NCBI RefSeq assembly: GCF_006345805.1
Contig: NC_043000.1
Span: 47,182,001-47,246,000 of the forward strand
Direction of reading: 5' to 3'
Source of the DNA: Octopus sinensis
Lineage: Eukaryota
Length of the DNA stretch: 64,000 nucleotides
Shown here: positions 26,410 to 38,416 of the stretch, one piece after another
Layout: every line of letters starts with the position of its first letter
Numbering within the stretch: position 1 is the first letter of the stretch
Made by a program: the position numbers and the translations under genes
The notes under the pieces: model-generated
Databases searched by the model: none
What the model saw: only the letters and a program-made list of their open reading frames with translations
What the model was told of the DNA's origin: nothing

Positions 26410-27711
26410 CAATAACTTTGGCAGCTTTTACAACGCTACGACTGAGCGTTAAAATAGCTACACAACAACTTAAATGTGGACCAGATATATTTCAACTTTG
26501 CAAAAGTCTTTGATAAAATAAAATATGGTATGATATGTCACATAATACGTGATCTTAGTGTTGCCGAGAAGCTTGGAGAGAGGCTACACGACCTTTAAAA
26601 CGACAGAAGCCAAGCAGTGGTGGCAAATAGATCCACCTCTAATTAAACACAAACAGTGAGTAATGTTTTACTCGGCACTTTCGAAGGGCCACTGCTATTC
26701 ATAATGGTCCTCTGAGATATACTTATAACTGCTCAGATAGCCACCCTTTCTAGTAATGCAGACGATACAAAAGTGTCTCAGAGGATACAAAATCCACGAG
26801 GTTTTGCGCACCTGCAACGGGAGATAGACGCAATGTATAAGTGGACTGGGGACAATAATGTGCAGTTTAATGCTGAAAAATTTCAAGCGCTGTGCTATCA
26901 GAACATGAAACTGAATGAAATGCTGACAAGATACATTGGCCAGCAGGGATGGCAATCGTTGAATCAAAACCAGTGCAAGACCTGGGTATTGACATGTGTA
27001 ATGATGTATCTTTCCGGATGCATATTACAAAGTTGGCAATAAAATACAGGCGACTGGCTGGATGGATGCTTAGAACAGTCAGAACGAGAAAACAGGAAAC
27101 CGTGATGGTTCTCTGGATGACATATGTCCTCAGCTGCTTAGAATAATGCTCCCAACTATGATCACCAAATTGACGGCAGAACTGGAAACAATCCTGCGAA
27201 GATACACCAAGTAGATCGTTGCAATGCGACATGTCAGCTATTTAGAATCGTTGGAAACGTTAAGACTTTACTCCGTAGAACAAAGGCTGGAAAGACATGC
27301 TTTGATATACATCTGAAGAATCCTGGAAAGACTTGTACCACACTTTGGAATTGAAAGTTACACAAACAGCAGAACGGGTTACCAGTGCCAGAGATCCCAG
27401 CATCGTCATCAAGATATAGGACCATATATTGCAACAGCTTGGGCGTCAAGGGCTCACTGCCCTTCAGTATTCCCTAAAAGCCGGAGGGACCTGCATGGGG
27501 TGGATGTAGGTTTCTCGAACCCAAAACTGGGTCTCCTTCCGTCTAGAGTTATTGATGAGTATTTCTCGCGACAAAAGACACAGATGAGGGTAGCAGCTTC
27601 AAACTTCCTCATCCAGGAGATGTTTCAAGTAATGAAGGTCTAACATAAATAATGGTGGTGCCCCAGCATGACCGCAGTTCTCAAGTTGAAGCTAGTTAAA
27701 GAGTTGAAGAG
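26410..27711 (+). mobile_element. CR1/L2-group LINE, 5'-truncated RT plus 3' end, degenerate
   Basis: Decayed DFAKAFDK, GPLLFIMV.SD, (Y)ADDTKV, QFNAEKFQ and KDLG motifs with stops/frameshifts; 3' end ggtggtgccccagcatgaccgcag. Confidence 0.8.
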
Positions 27712-28034
27712 TATATATGACATATTATCTTATATTTATATAGACAGAGATATAGTTAACATTAAGGCAAATTCTCTCTCCTTGTTCTCTCTCTCCCTTT
27801 CATTCTCTCTTTCAAAATCGACAACACTGCACTAGGATAGGGGACGTAGAAGAAACCTCTCACACCGTTCTTTTCACCGGTAATTGAAAAAAGTTGGAAC
27901 TTCTAGTTAGTAATCTCTTTTCATAGAAAACGAAAATGACATGCTACTAGTACCATTAAGTATAGAACGACGATGGTTAGAATAGTTCTTGGATGTAAGG
28001 ATAATTGTATCATTTTTTAAATCTTAGAATATTA

Positions 28035-28475
28035 TCTCTCTATATATAAACGGCAGTTTGTCTGTCTGTGTGTCTGTGTGTCTGTCAGGTTGTACGCTCA
28101 CCCTGACCACGGCTTTCAACCGATTCTGATGAAACTTGACACACACACATAGCCCAATGTCATAATTCAAAACTAACACAGCGAAAATTTTGAAAAGTTC
28201 CCCCAGCTCTGAAAAAGTCGATAAATTCGACATGGGGTCGAGAATCTAAGCTTTTTATATGCAACACATTTTCTGTCTAGGGGACACAACTCGACCTTTT
28301 TATCGCCCAAAGGGACAGCTAGGAACATCGTATACACAGAAGTATTCGAGTAAAGAGAAGATATTGCAACCTACACATGCGCCTTCGTTCCCAAGAGGGA
28401 AAGGACTAGATTGGGATTAGTCGTTGCCTACTAGGGGCTCTTACATACCCGGGCAATGCCGGGCTATGCTGCTAG
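28035..28475 (+). mobile_element. Non-autonomous Helitron, copy 3 with an alternative 3' segment
   Basis: Same 5' ~270 bp as copies 1/2, unrelated 28303-28445, own hairpin cccgg-gcaatg-ccggg and CTAG^T. Confidence 0.85.
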
Positions 28476-28555
28476 TTATACTATAAAGAAGTCAAGTGTA
28501 TTTTCATTTCTTACACGGCAATTGGTTAATGTTTGCCAGCAGATTCAGAATTCCG

Positions 28556-28740
28556 TCGTTGTTGTTTAGCCTCTATTTTAGCCATGATTGAGATGATTAA
28601 ATGTGACTCAGCCATTATTTCGCGTTCTGCTCTCAGGAATGACACATTTGGTGCTGCAATATTATTTCCAATACCTTTCCAGCTTTTTACAATGGTAGAG
28701 TGTGATTTGAGTGAGTTCTAGCTACTATTTCTAACAACTT
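28556..28740 (-). repeat. Old repeat family E
   Basis: Minus strand gttagaaatagtagc...ctcaaatcacactctacc...gaggctaaacaacaac. Confidence 0.5.
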
Positions 28741-28761
28741 CAATGATCACGTAATAAATAG

Positions 28762-28961
28762 TCTTTTTACCTGAAATTGTGTGATAAGCTACAGAAGCTA
28801 AACACACAATTTCACCTCATCATATCTAATACTTATTGTAAACTTGGTAATCAAGGAAACTAATGTTTGGGAACATGAATATCAAAATTGATATTTTCTT
28901 CTAGTATATTATTAGTATTTATCTTACCGAATTCAGGAAGTCGAAAAGCAAATATCTTTAG
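28762..28961 (+). repeat. Direct repeat, copy 2
   Basis: Matches 26229-26404 with a ~25-nt indel. Confidence 0.85.
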
Positions 28962-30104
28962 TGTGATTTGAACTAGCAATCCAGACAAATGAAAGACAGT
29001 ACTAGAACGAGGCTCTTAGTCTGAATCAGTCCGATCCGGTCTGGTGCACCACTATTTCTGTCAACTTACCGCCATAAAATTATAAATAATATTTTTATTT
29101 AGATTCTAGTTGAGTAACACGATTGATTTCAACATTTGTTCAGACTGCTGATTAAAATAACATTAGTGACTGTACTTTAGTTTTAAACAAACACGCTCAA
29201 TAAGATGATGACTAATGCATTAATAATTTACTGCCTTAACATCATTATCCACGCCACCACTGTCGCTATCATCATCATTATTGCTTTTGTCACTTCCATC
29301 ATTACTCTTGTCATTATCTATCACCCATCTGCTTACCAATTTTGAATCGGAACTCTATAACAAAGAATCATATAGATTATCTTTAGAAATTCATCATGTC
29401 CATTTTGACAGTATTCTATGAAGATATTCTTAGTTAGTAAACACAGATGCAGAAATTTATTGATGTCATAGCTAAATATATTTGGCAGCAAGAAACTGCA
29501 TATGTATTTAGATCCATTTTCAAAGGTTCTAAAACTTAGCATCAAACGAATTTGGAAGATAGATGAAAATTGATCACTATGCATAATTAAATTTGTTCTG
29601 AGGTTGGCAAAAGTTTTTCTATTTGTGTTCAGGTTATAAGGCAATGAACGATGACGAAGAAAATTCTTTATGACATAAATTGTCCGTATAAAACAACCAT
29701 ATATCAGATAATTTATTAGTAATGGGAAAATGAGTTGGCAAAACTTTTCCTTTTATATTTTGTAATCTGCATTACATAAGGTAACAATATCTTTAAATAA
29801 GCGGTAAACTACAGGCAATCTAAAGTTAAAAATTCAGAAACCTGTTTCAATTCTTGTCTCAACACATTTTATTTATTTCTTGATAATGTTTTTCAAAATT
29901 GAAAATGTGTCTATTAATTTGAATAGCAAAAACCAGAACCAAGTGTCAAACGTCTCTGAAATCACTGCCTACTAACAAAAACTGAAATCTATAATCTATA
30001 CTTGAACAACCATACTGGATTGTCAGAACTCATTTCTTTACAGATTTGATCATTCGGGAATACTACTTTCTCAATTAGGCCTACATAATGTTTTTAATTT
30101 TAAT

Positions 30105-30262
30105 ACAAGGCCAATAATTTTGAGGTTAGGAAGCAAGTCGATTATATCATCTCCACCGTACTAGACTGGTTCTTATTTTATCGACACCGAAATAATGAAA
30201 GGCGAAGTCGATCTTGCGAGAATTTGAGCCCAGAACGTAAAGAGCAGGACGAAATGCTGCTA
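30105..30262 (-). mobile_element. SINE family A, diverged and partial
   Basis: ttttatcgacaccgaaataatgaaaggcgaagtcga...gcccagaacgtaa is the reverse complement of the family A body. Confidence 0.7.
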
Positions 30263-30299
30263 CAGCAATAGCCGAATTGTTTGTTCCTTATTTTCCTAT

Positions 30300-32005
30300 A
30301 TAACATATAAAGGTTAATTGTATGTTCCTTATTCTACAGCTTTGAAAAGGAATGGTATAAATATTGCAATGAGAGCCACTTGAAGATACCCAAGAAGAAA
30401 AGGACTGAGTGCAAGAGCTGCGACAAAAGAAATTAATGACGTGGAAGGTCCAATCAAACGTGTAACACAAAACAGATTCAAACATTTCAAGGAAGGTGAC
30501 ACCAACTCTGAAAACACAACAAAGAAGATGAAGCCTTGTTTGAAATGTTTGAACAGCAACAGCCAAACACAACCATATGCACATTGCCAGTAGATCTTGG
30601 ACTTACACAAAGCACCATCAATCCATAGACATAAACTCGGCCTTGCGAACAGAGGCTTTCAAAAAGCTCCTCATGAACAAACCTATGACCAGGATCAACG
30701 ACGTGTGGACACTTGCAAAAAACTGTTTGCAAATCCTCAGGGTGCCCGTTTTTGGCGTCTAATTGTAACTGGAGATGAAAAATAGATCTAATTTCACAAT
30801 AAAAGAAATCAGTCGTTTCATTCAGGACAAGTTATCAAACAAACAATGGTAGGTTGAACAGGAGGTCATCTGCATTTGGCGGAATTTCGAGGGGTTGTTG
30901 CCATATGTGTATGTCCGATTTGGTGATGCCGTGAACGCTAACTTTTATTCTCAACGACTGCAGTGAGTATATGATGCTTTGAAAGCTCATTAGATGGCAT
31001 TGGTCTATCGAACATGCGCACTCCCACTGCATGACATTGACACAGCACACACTGCCAATGTTACCAAGTGCAAACTTGGGGAACTTGAGGGGCGGGAATT
31101 GCTGCCTCATCCTGTCTGTGTTCAGAACTTTCTCCCATGGATTACAACTTTTCCGTACTATGGCTCATTTCCTGCACGGCCTGTTGTTCATCAATGTGCA
31201 TGAGGTTGAAGGCGGTGAGGTAGCAGAAACGTTAGCACACCGGGTGAAATGCCTAACGGTATTTCGTTGCCGCTACATTCTGAGTTCAAATTCCGCCGAG
31301 GTCGACTTTGCCTTTCATCCTTTCGGGGTCGATAAATTAAGTACCAGTTACGCACTGGGGTCGATGTAATCGACTTAATACCTATGTCTATCCTTGTTTG
31401 TCCGCTCTGTGTTTAGCCCCTTGTGGGTAATAAAGAAATAGGTATTTCGTTTGCCGCTACGTTCTGAGTTCAAATTCCGCCGAGGTCAACTTTGCCTTTC
31501 ATCCTTTCAGGGCCGATAAAATAAGTACCAACTACGCACTGGGGTCGATATAATCGACTTAATCCGTTTGTCTGTCCTTGTTTGTCCTCTCTGTGTTTAG
31601 CCCCTTGTGGGTAGTAAAGAAATAGGTATTTCATCTGTCTTTACGTTCTGAGTTCAAATTCCACCGAGGTCGACTTTGCCTTTCATACTTTCAGGGTCGA
31701 TAAATTAAGTACCAGTTGCGTACTAGGGTTGATTTAAGCGACTAGCCCTTTCCCTCAAAATTTTGGGCCTTGTGCCTAGAGTAGAAAAAAATGCGGATGA
31801 GGTTGAAAACATGTGCAGGGAATCTTTTGTATATAAACCGGCCAAATAGTATAAGCGTGGAATTGAGCTTCTGGGACAACGGAGGCAACAGACAATATAA
31901 TATGATGGTACACATTTTGATAAATAAAGGTTTCTCATATGTAAATTTACTTTGAACTATTTATTAAAGCTCGAATTACGAAAAACACTTTTGACCAACC
32001 TGGTA
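30300..32005 (+). mobile_element. mariner transposon relic (pseudogenised transposase) interrupted by a SINE array
   Basis: RRVDTCKKL...RFWRLIVTGDEK(W), LHDIDTAHTA, ELLPHP, YKRGIELL; 3' TIR ...cacttttgaccaacctggTA; 5' TIR not seen. Confidence 0.8.
31211..31789 (+). mobile_element. Tandem trimer of family A SINE units (one head; tails X, X, Y) with an 18-bp TSD
   Basis: Units 31211-31440, 31441-31624, 31625-31789; TSD aatgtgcatgaggttgaa (31193-31210) and aatgcggatgaggttgaa (31790-31807). Confidence 0.9.
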
Positions 32006-32745
32006 CTTACAGACAGACACTCCACCCACACATAAAGACTCACACACATATACACAAATGCAAATTTTATTGTTTAATGTTCTGTAATCTAATGGTCCAA
32101 TAAAAAGTCATAAAATAAGCACCAAAATGATAAATACAGAGTAATGCGGTTGATGTGCTCAAATGGTCAGTATGGCCGTTGTCCTTTGATGGAGACTAGG
32201 AGAAAAAGTACACACTTTTTATTAGGGTTAGTCTGGATAAGAATGCTAGCATTAATGACGTTTTCATATTTTCCTAAATTAGTGGTAATTTACTGGATTT
32301 CTAGCCTAAATTTAAAGTGTTGTCTGTTGACGATTCCCAAAGGCAATGTTAGAACGTGAGTGGTTGAAGTATACCATTTATGAATAGAAACGGACCCTTA
32401 GCTGCACTTCCATCTACCAATTTTCCTCTATCAGTAATTATTGACTTGTGGCTTTGTAGAAAGCTATTATACAAAGTTGCCCCGCAATGCGATTTACCCA
32501 CAGACCGTCTAGTCAGGCACACACAATCATGCGACAACCATGCATGATTGTATAAATTAACGATGATATTTTGAGTGTATTTTGAAAAGTTTACTGTCGT
32601 CATTTGAAAGAGAACAAATAGGAAATCTCGTTCCATACGAAGGGCATTCCCCAATGTCAATTTCAAAAGAGAATTTTTTTTACATTAATTTTTCCTTTTA
32701 TTTTAACCGATGTTTAACTGGTTGCAATATGTTTGCATGTTCATA

Positions 32746-32940
32746 AGGCGGCGAACTGGCGCTAGAAAATTGTTTAGAAAACCAACATTTCTATCATTTT
32801 GCATTCTGAGTTCAAATTCCACCGCGGTTGACTCAACCTTTAATCTTTTAGGGGTAACAGCTGAACACTGGGGTCGAAGTAATCGACCTACTATCTTCTC
32901 CCGAAATTCTTACCCTTGTGCTAATATTTGAAATCAATAT
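32746..32940 (+). mobile_element. SINE family A, diverged
   Basis: ggcggcgaactggc head, ttctgagttcaaattcc B-box, ccttgtgctaatatttgaaatc tail. Confidence 0.7.
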
Positions 32941-33894
32941 GAATGCATAAGGCAAAAAATTCAAAATCGGTTTTACAGTTTAAAATTTGTCATTTTCAAA
33001 ATGTCAGCAGTAAATTTTAAACTTTGATGTGTTAGAGCAACGCAGAAATAGAAATTTTATTAAATTATCACAAAACATTTATTACCTTGCTGAGTAATTA
33101 GTAAACTACTGAATAATTGTGTTTGCCATAAGTAGTTGTTAATCCAACTGCTCTTTAAGTGATATATCACTCTCTGGGTGAGAGATGGAACTTATAAATC
33201 TCAATTTAAAACAAGCAAACGACTTAAGAGGATATATATTTAAATAATTAATCTGCAATGTAATGCAGCGTGTATATATACTTGCATACATGTACATACA
33301 CACACAAACTCACATGCGCACATATATAGGTATGCGTGTTTACATACTGACGCATAAATATATGCGTATACACTCACACAAACACAAAATCAGAAAATCT
33401 CTATAAGAGGTGAAAGTAGTAACTATACTGAGAAGTAATGTTTATCGCCACTTGAACACGGCTGTTTCGTTACTATCGTTTTTAACATCTGGTGGACGCT
33501 TCCTCCAGATGGTTATCAATGCAATCTGCACACGATATATTGCAAGTGGGGAGCAAACTCTACCACCTTCTAGCGACGATGATGCAACCACCAAACTGTC
33601 CAGTTTCAAGCTATTTGTGATTATCGTCAGTGGTGGACACCTATCCGATCCGCTAGAGATTAATTCTTTATTACAGGAACAAAGCCTAATTACAGAGGAG
33701 ACATACAAAGACATTCGGGAACATAAAACATATGAACAATGCAAATGAGTCGGCCATCTCGCTCCCGCTGCGAGAGGAAACCGTGTATTCCTTTAACACA
33801 ACCTTTAGTCTCGCTTCGAGGCGAAACCGCGACTTCCCTCTTCGCTTTGGCCATACCATTATAAACCTTTTAAACCAATGTTCATACAGTGCTT

Positions 33895-34276
33895 ACTTTT
33901 CTTTCTTTCTTTTATTCTTTTACTTGTTTCAGTCATTTGACTGTGGCCATGCTGGAGCACCGCCTTTAATCGAGCAACTCGACCCCGGAACTTATTCTAT
34001 CGCTCAAACCGCTAAGTAACGGAGACATAAACACACCAGCATCGGTTGTCAAGCAATGCTATGGGGACAAACACAGACACACAAACACACACACGCATAT
34101 AAATATATATGCATATATACGACGGGTTTCTTTCAGTTTCCGTCTACCAAATCCACTCACAAGGCTTTGGTTGGCCCGAGGCTATAGTAGGAGACACTTG
34201 CCCAAGGTGCCACGCAGTGGGACTGAACCCGGAACCATGTGGTTGGTAAACAAGCTACTTACCACACAGCCACTCC
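33895..34276 (-). mobile_element. SINE family B
   Basis: Reverse complement of 2313-2718 with a small internal deletion. Confidence 0.9.
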
Positions 34277-34299
34277 TGCACCTTATTTATTTTCCTTAA

Positions 34300-35870
34300 A
34301 AAAAAACTAAAAAACAAAAGAAAAACCCAAATGTTTATCACATTGTTCAAAAACATTTTAACAGTTTCAAATTTTACATTATTTTTTCCTTTTTTTTTTC
34401 TAAAAAGTTCAAACAATCATTTCTCTCAGTTACAGTCTTTACAAAATTATAATGACTTACTACTTACTCCTTTCAAGCTGGGATTTCCTATCTCACAATA
34501 ATTTTTCTTTTCGTTTGTGCTTTTCATGTCTCTTTTTGCTCATATTTTTCCTTCTATTTTATGTGTTCTTGTATTTCCATCTCTAAGTCTGTGTGTTCGT
34601 GTATTTGTGTGTATGTGTGTTTTTGTATATGTGTGTCTGTGTGTTCGTTTGACTGCATCTCTACGTGTTTCGTCTATGTGTCTATGTCTTTAGGTTCCCG
34701 TAATTCTGGGTTGTCTCGTTTCTGGTCAAAATAATTCTGTACTTTTAATTCCTTTGTTGGTACTTCCACTAGTAATTTCTTTTTTGCCGTGGGTTGAGTT
34801 TCTTCTTATTTCCTTTGCACTTCTTCTTTTCCACTGTCGTCGATGACTTTCTTCTCTCTCTTCTCCTGGGTTTTACTTCCGCCAAATTCCTGTCATATGC
34901 CCCTTGTGAGTAATAAAAAATTACAAATTCTTGTCATATTATGATCTCTGCTTTTCCCTTTTTCCACAACTATATCTTCCTGTACACTCTCTTCCACCAA
35001 CTCTACAACTGCTCCCAGATGCCCTCTTTCACCGCATCCGTAACATTTTGGGGGTCTCCCCTCCAACATTACTTCCTGCTTTTCACCGTTTGGTAATTCC
35101 ACAGTTTCCGCCATTTCGTCGTAATATTCTGGGATTACAGCGCAAATTACTTCAATGCCATATTCCCGTCAATTCAATTGTTGACTTCTGCTTACTATGC
35201 AAATGTTCAAGTTTTCACTTCCCTTCCCCAGCCCTGAATTAAATATTCCGACTATTACCCATACTGGGTCTATCGAAGGTGGGATTCTTGCTACCTTACG
35301 ATACATTTGCCCAAATAGTTCGGCACCAACGTCCATTTCTCTCCCAGTATCAGTCCGTTATTCAATTTCGCATCCTCTTCTGATGCAAAGGTGACTATTA
35401 TAGTCGCATATTTCCTTCCTCTTGCAAAGAAGGTTATTCCTTCACCCATTTGTTCCTTGAATATTTCCTCCATCTCTTCCTGCGGCGCGTGTTCTATTCT
35501 CCTATTTTCATTCGAAAATGTTCTGAATATCGCTGTTTTGCTTTCCATTTTTCTTTTTTCCTCCTCTTGCATGGTCATTTTTATGTTTTACCCTTTTTTC
35601 TATCATGCCATAATATTTTGCTATCTTCTCTTCATTCCACTCCATCCTCTTCGGCTTTAGCACACGTGGGGGTCTATGGTATCTCGATCTCCGGTAGCTT
35701 CCATGTAACTTCTTTTCTTCCAATATTCACTTCCATCAAATGACGGTGTATTCGCAAAACATTCCGCTTAGCATTCTTAACAAAACAACAAAATGTACGG
35801 CCGCTAGACATAAAAGTAGTTCGCGCCAGCTCGCAGTATATAGAAAAATAAGTGACAAGCAGTCACTGAT
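34300..35870 (-). mobile_element. gag-like ORF1-only non-LTR element (L1/Tx1-type ORF1, RRM-like region plus CCHC knuckle), pseudogenised
   Basis: Frames 35578-35291 and 35290-35000 join by frameshift: ...YATIIVTFASEEDAK...PNYLGKCIVR/VARIPPSIDPVW...EVMLEGRPPKCYGCGERGHL(RAxC), then an E/K-rich tail; no EN/RT follows. Confidence 0.7.
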
Positions 35871-36730
35871 CTTGCAACAAGTAAAGTAGCTTGTTAGAAA
35901 ATATCTATAAGAGATGAAAGCAGTAGCTATACTAAAAAGTAATGATTATCGCAACTTCAACATGGCTGCTTACGGGAAAGTGACCTCAATTTGGTTGTTA
36001 CAGTGATAACGTATCGGTCATTTTACACTCTGGCCTTCTTTAGGTATCTGTTATATTCGAGAAATTTCTCTGAACTTCCTTTCCAAAACAACTTTTATTG
36101 AATCCACAATTATAAATTGTTCCCATTCAGTTATTCATAACAGGCATATTCCCGTGTTTGTGATTTTCCTCTTTCTCTTGTTACTTTCTCGTTCTGCTTG
36201 AACTAGATGATATATAGTTACTGACTAAGAGAATGAAATGGCTCCACCAGTTAAAGTTCTATTACACATTACACTAAATCTTAAGTTCACAATTCCATGT
36301 CAATTAAAGAAATCCATTTGGTATTCTTTGTTATGCTAGCTCTTCTGGGTAGTTAATCAAAGCCTAGCCTATGTTCTAATACTTTTATGAAGTGTCAATA
36401 TAAAGTAATTTTGTATAAAACAAAAATTAGCTTTCGCCAGTGGCAACAATTTGTACAACAAGGTCGAATAGGGGGTGTATTAAATGCATACAGAATTGAT
36501 CCGTTTTTATTGGAACTATTTTAGCATCCAGGGATTCTAGAACAATCACACTGTAGTAGTTGGAACTAACTTGAAATGAAAAATGGAGATGATATCGAGA
36601 GACAAGTATTATCCTAAACTGACTTACCATTAAGATAAAGGCACTATGATCCTCTATATATACCAGAGAACAACCGTCGACACCTGTTTCAATTTCCACA
36701 AACATCAAATGAAAGGAAATACTAGTATAT

Positions 36731-36910
36731 ATTTCTTTACTACCCACAAGGGGCCAAACACAGAGGGGACAAAAAAGGCCAGACAAACGGATTAAGTCGA
36801 TTACATCGACCCCAGTGCGTAACAGGTACTTAATTTATCGACCCCGAAAGGATGAAAGGCAAAGTCGACCTCGGCGGAATTTGAACTCAGAACGTAACGG
36901 CAGACGAAAT
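36731..36910 (-). mobile_element. Headless family A unit with X tail, solo copy with a 22-bp TSD
   Basis: Minus strand atttcgtctgccg...gtgggtagtaaagaaat; TSD atgaaaggaaatactagtatat (36709-36730) and atgaaaggcaatattagtatat (36911-36932). Confidence 0.9.
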
Positions 36911-38323
36911 ATGAAAGGCAATATTAGTATATTAACACAAAGTTTATGCTTGTAAGTGGGTAATTTTGGCTCACATAGCCATTTGCTTGTGCTTTACAAG
37001 CTTGAAAGCATTGTCTAATGTGTAGCCTCAACCACATTCAAATCGGAAGAGGAGATGTAATTGGTCAAGTGCAACTTAGTTTCTTGTGGACAAGCTAAGA
37101 CTTATATAGGAGACTGTTAGTAACTGTTGTCGGAAGTCTCTGCAATATTCCACTGGAGGCTCAAGGCGCAGCTAGGATCTAAAACAAACAACAGGGATCG
37201 AGATTAACTTACGTTTCCAAGAGATCGACTTCCTAGATTTCCCTGATATTATTTTCAAGTTACTCATTTGAAACTGACACTGGAGAAATGTATTCCTGTG
37301 ACAGCAAATGAAATTTCAAATTGTATTACTTCTAGAAAAATCCTGTGGAATGCGTTAGTACATGCAGTTTTTCAAATTGTCAAAAGCCTCAATATCCAAC
37401 CTCCTGGACTATGCAGTATGAAAAATGTACCGAGTTATATGTGGGTTTGGGTCGTCATATCATTGGTCTCCGCGTAACTATATTTATAATAGTACGTAGC
37501 ACTAGCGTCTCTCCTGTCCCGAGGCCTAAATGCGTGTAGCTGCTGATAATACCATTACTTGAAGTAGTTAGTATTTAGTACCCTATAATTCTTCTGGAGT
37601 GGGTATCGCTTTAGAAACACAAATCCCTCTATGTATTTAAGCAGCTTAAGTTTAGATTTGCAGATGGTGGAGCTGTTGGATAGCTGTATGCTTTCGGCTG
37701 TGGTACATAAAACTGGTAGCAATATGTCCATTCCAGACAAGGTGAGATAATACTAACATTGCGTTTCTTAAGATTTTTGCGGTATTTGTATGTAGCTGGA
37801 AAATCGTATAGCATCTTACAGAGGATAGAAATATTCTAGCCATATAAACTTTGTATGAGTGAAGGGTTTATCAAAATTGCTTTACTCTTCCTTTTCCGCC
37901 AGTGCAGAGAGGATAGGCAGTTCTCCATATAAACCTCTCAGCCGCTTCATGTGTATTTATCTTGAATGCTTCCAACAGATCAACCCACAAAAATAATGTC
38001 AGGGAAAATCGAGAAATTAGCGCCTGCATACAACAATACTGACTAACTTTTGCAATTTCTAGTGACTGTCATCCCGAAACATTCGCTCATCATGTTGGAA
38101 TCAAGTTTAACATTGACCACTAAAAGACTAACGTGACCAGAGAAATACAGATAAGACTTCACATATAGTAGACATTTGATCGCTTATGTAGGTGTTTTCG
38201 TGTCTATGGAATTCTAAATGATGGCGGTATGAGTCACCAACTCTGCAATTAATATATACAAACACATGTACATATACAACACAGACATACACACATATAC
38301 ATACGTGCATACTCATATATACA

Positions 38324-38416
<93 letters not shown>

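Noticed and set aside
31211-31789. CRISPR-like repeat-spacer appearance
   Set aside because: Units are ~184-bp SINE bodies with no unique spacers or cas genes, in eukaryotic DNA
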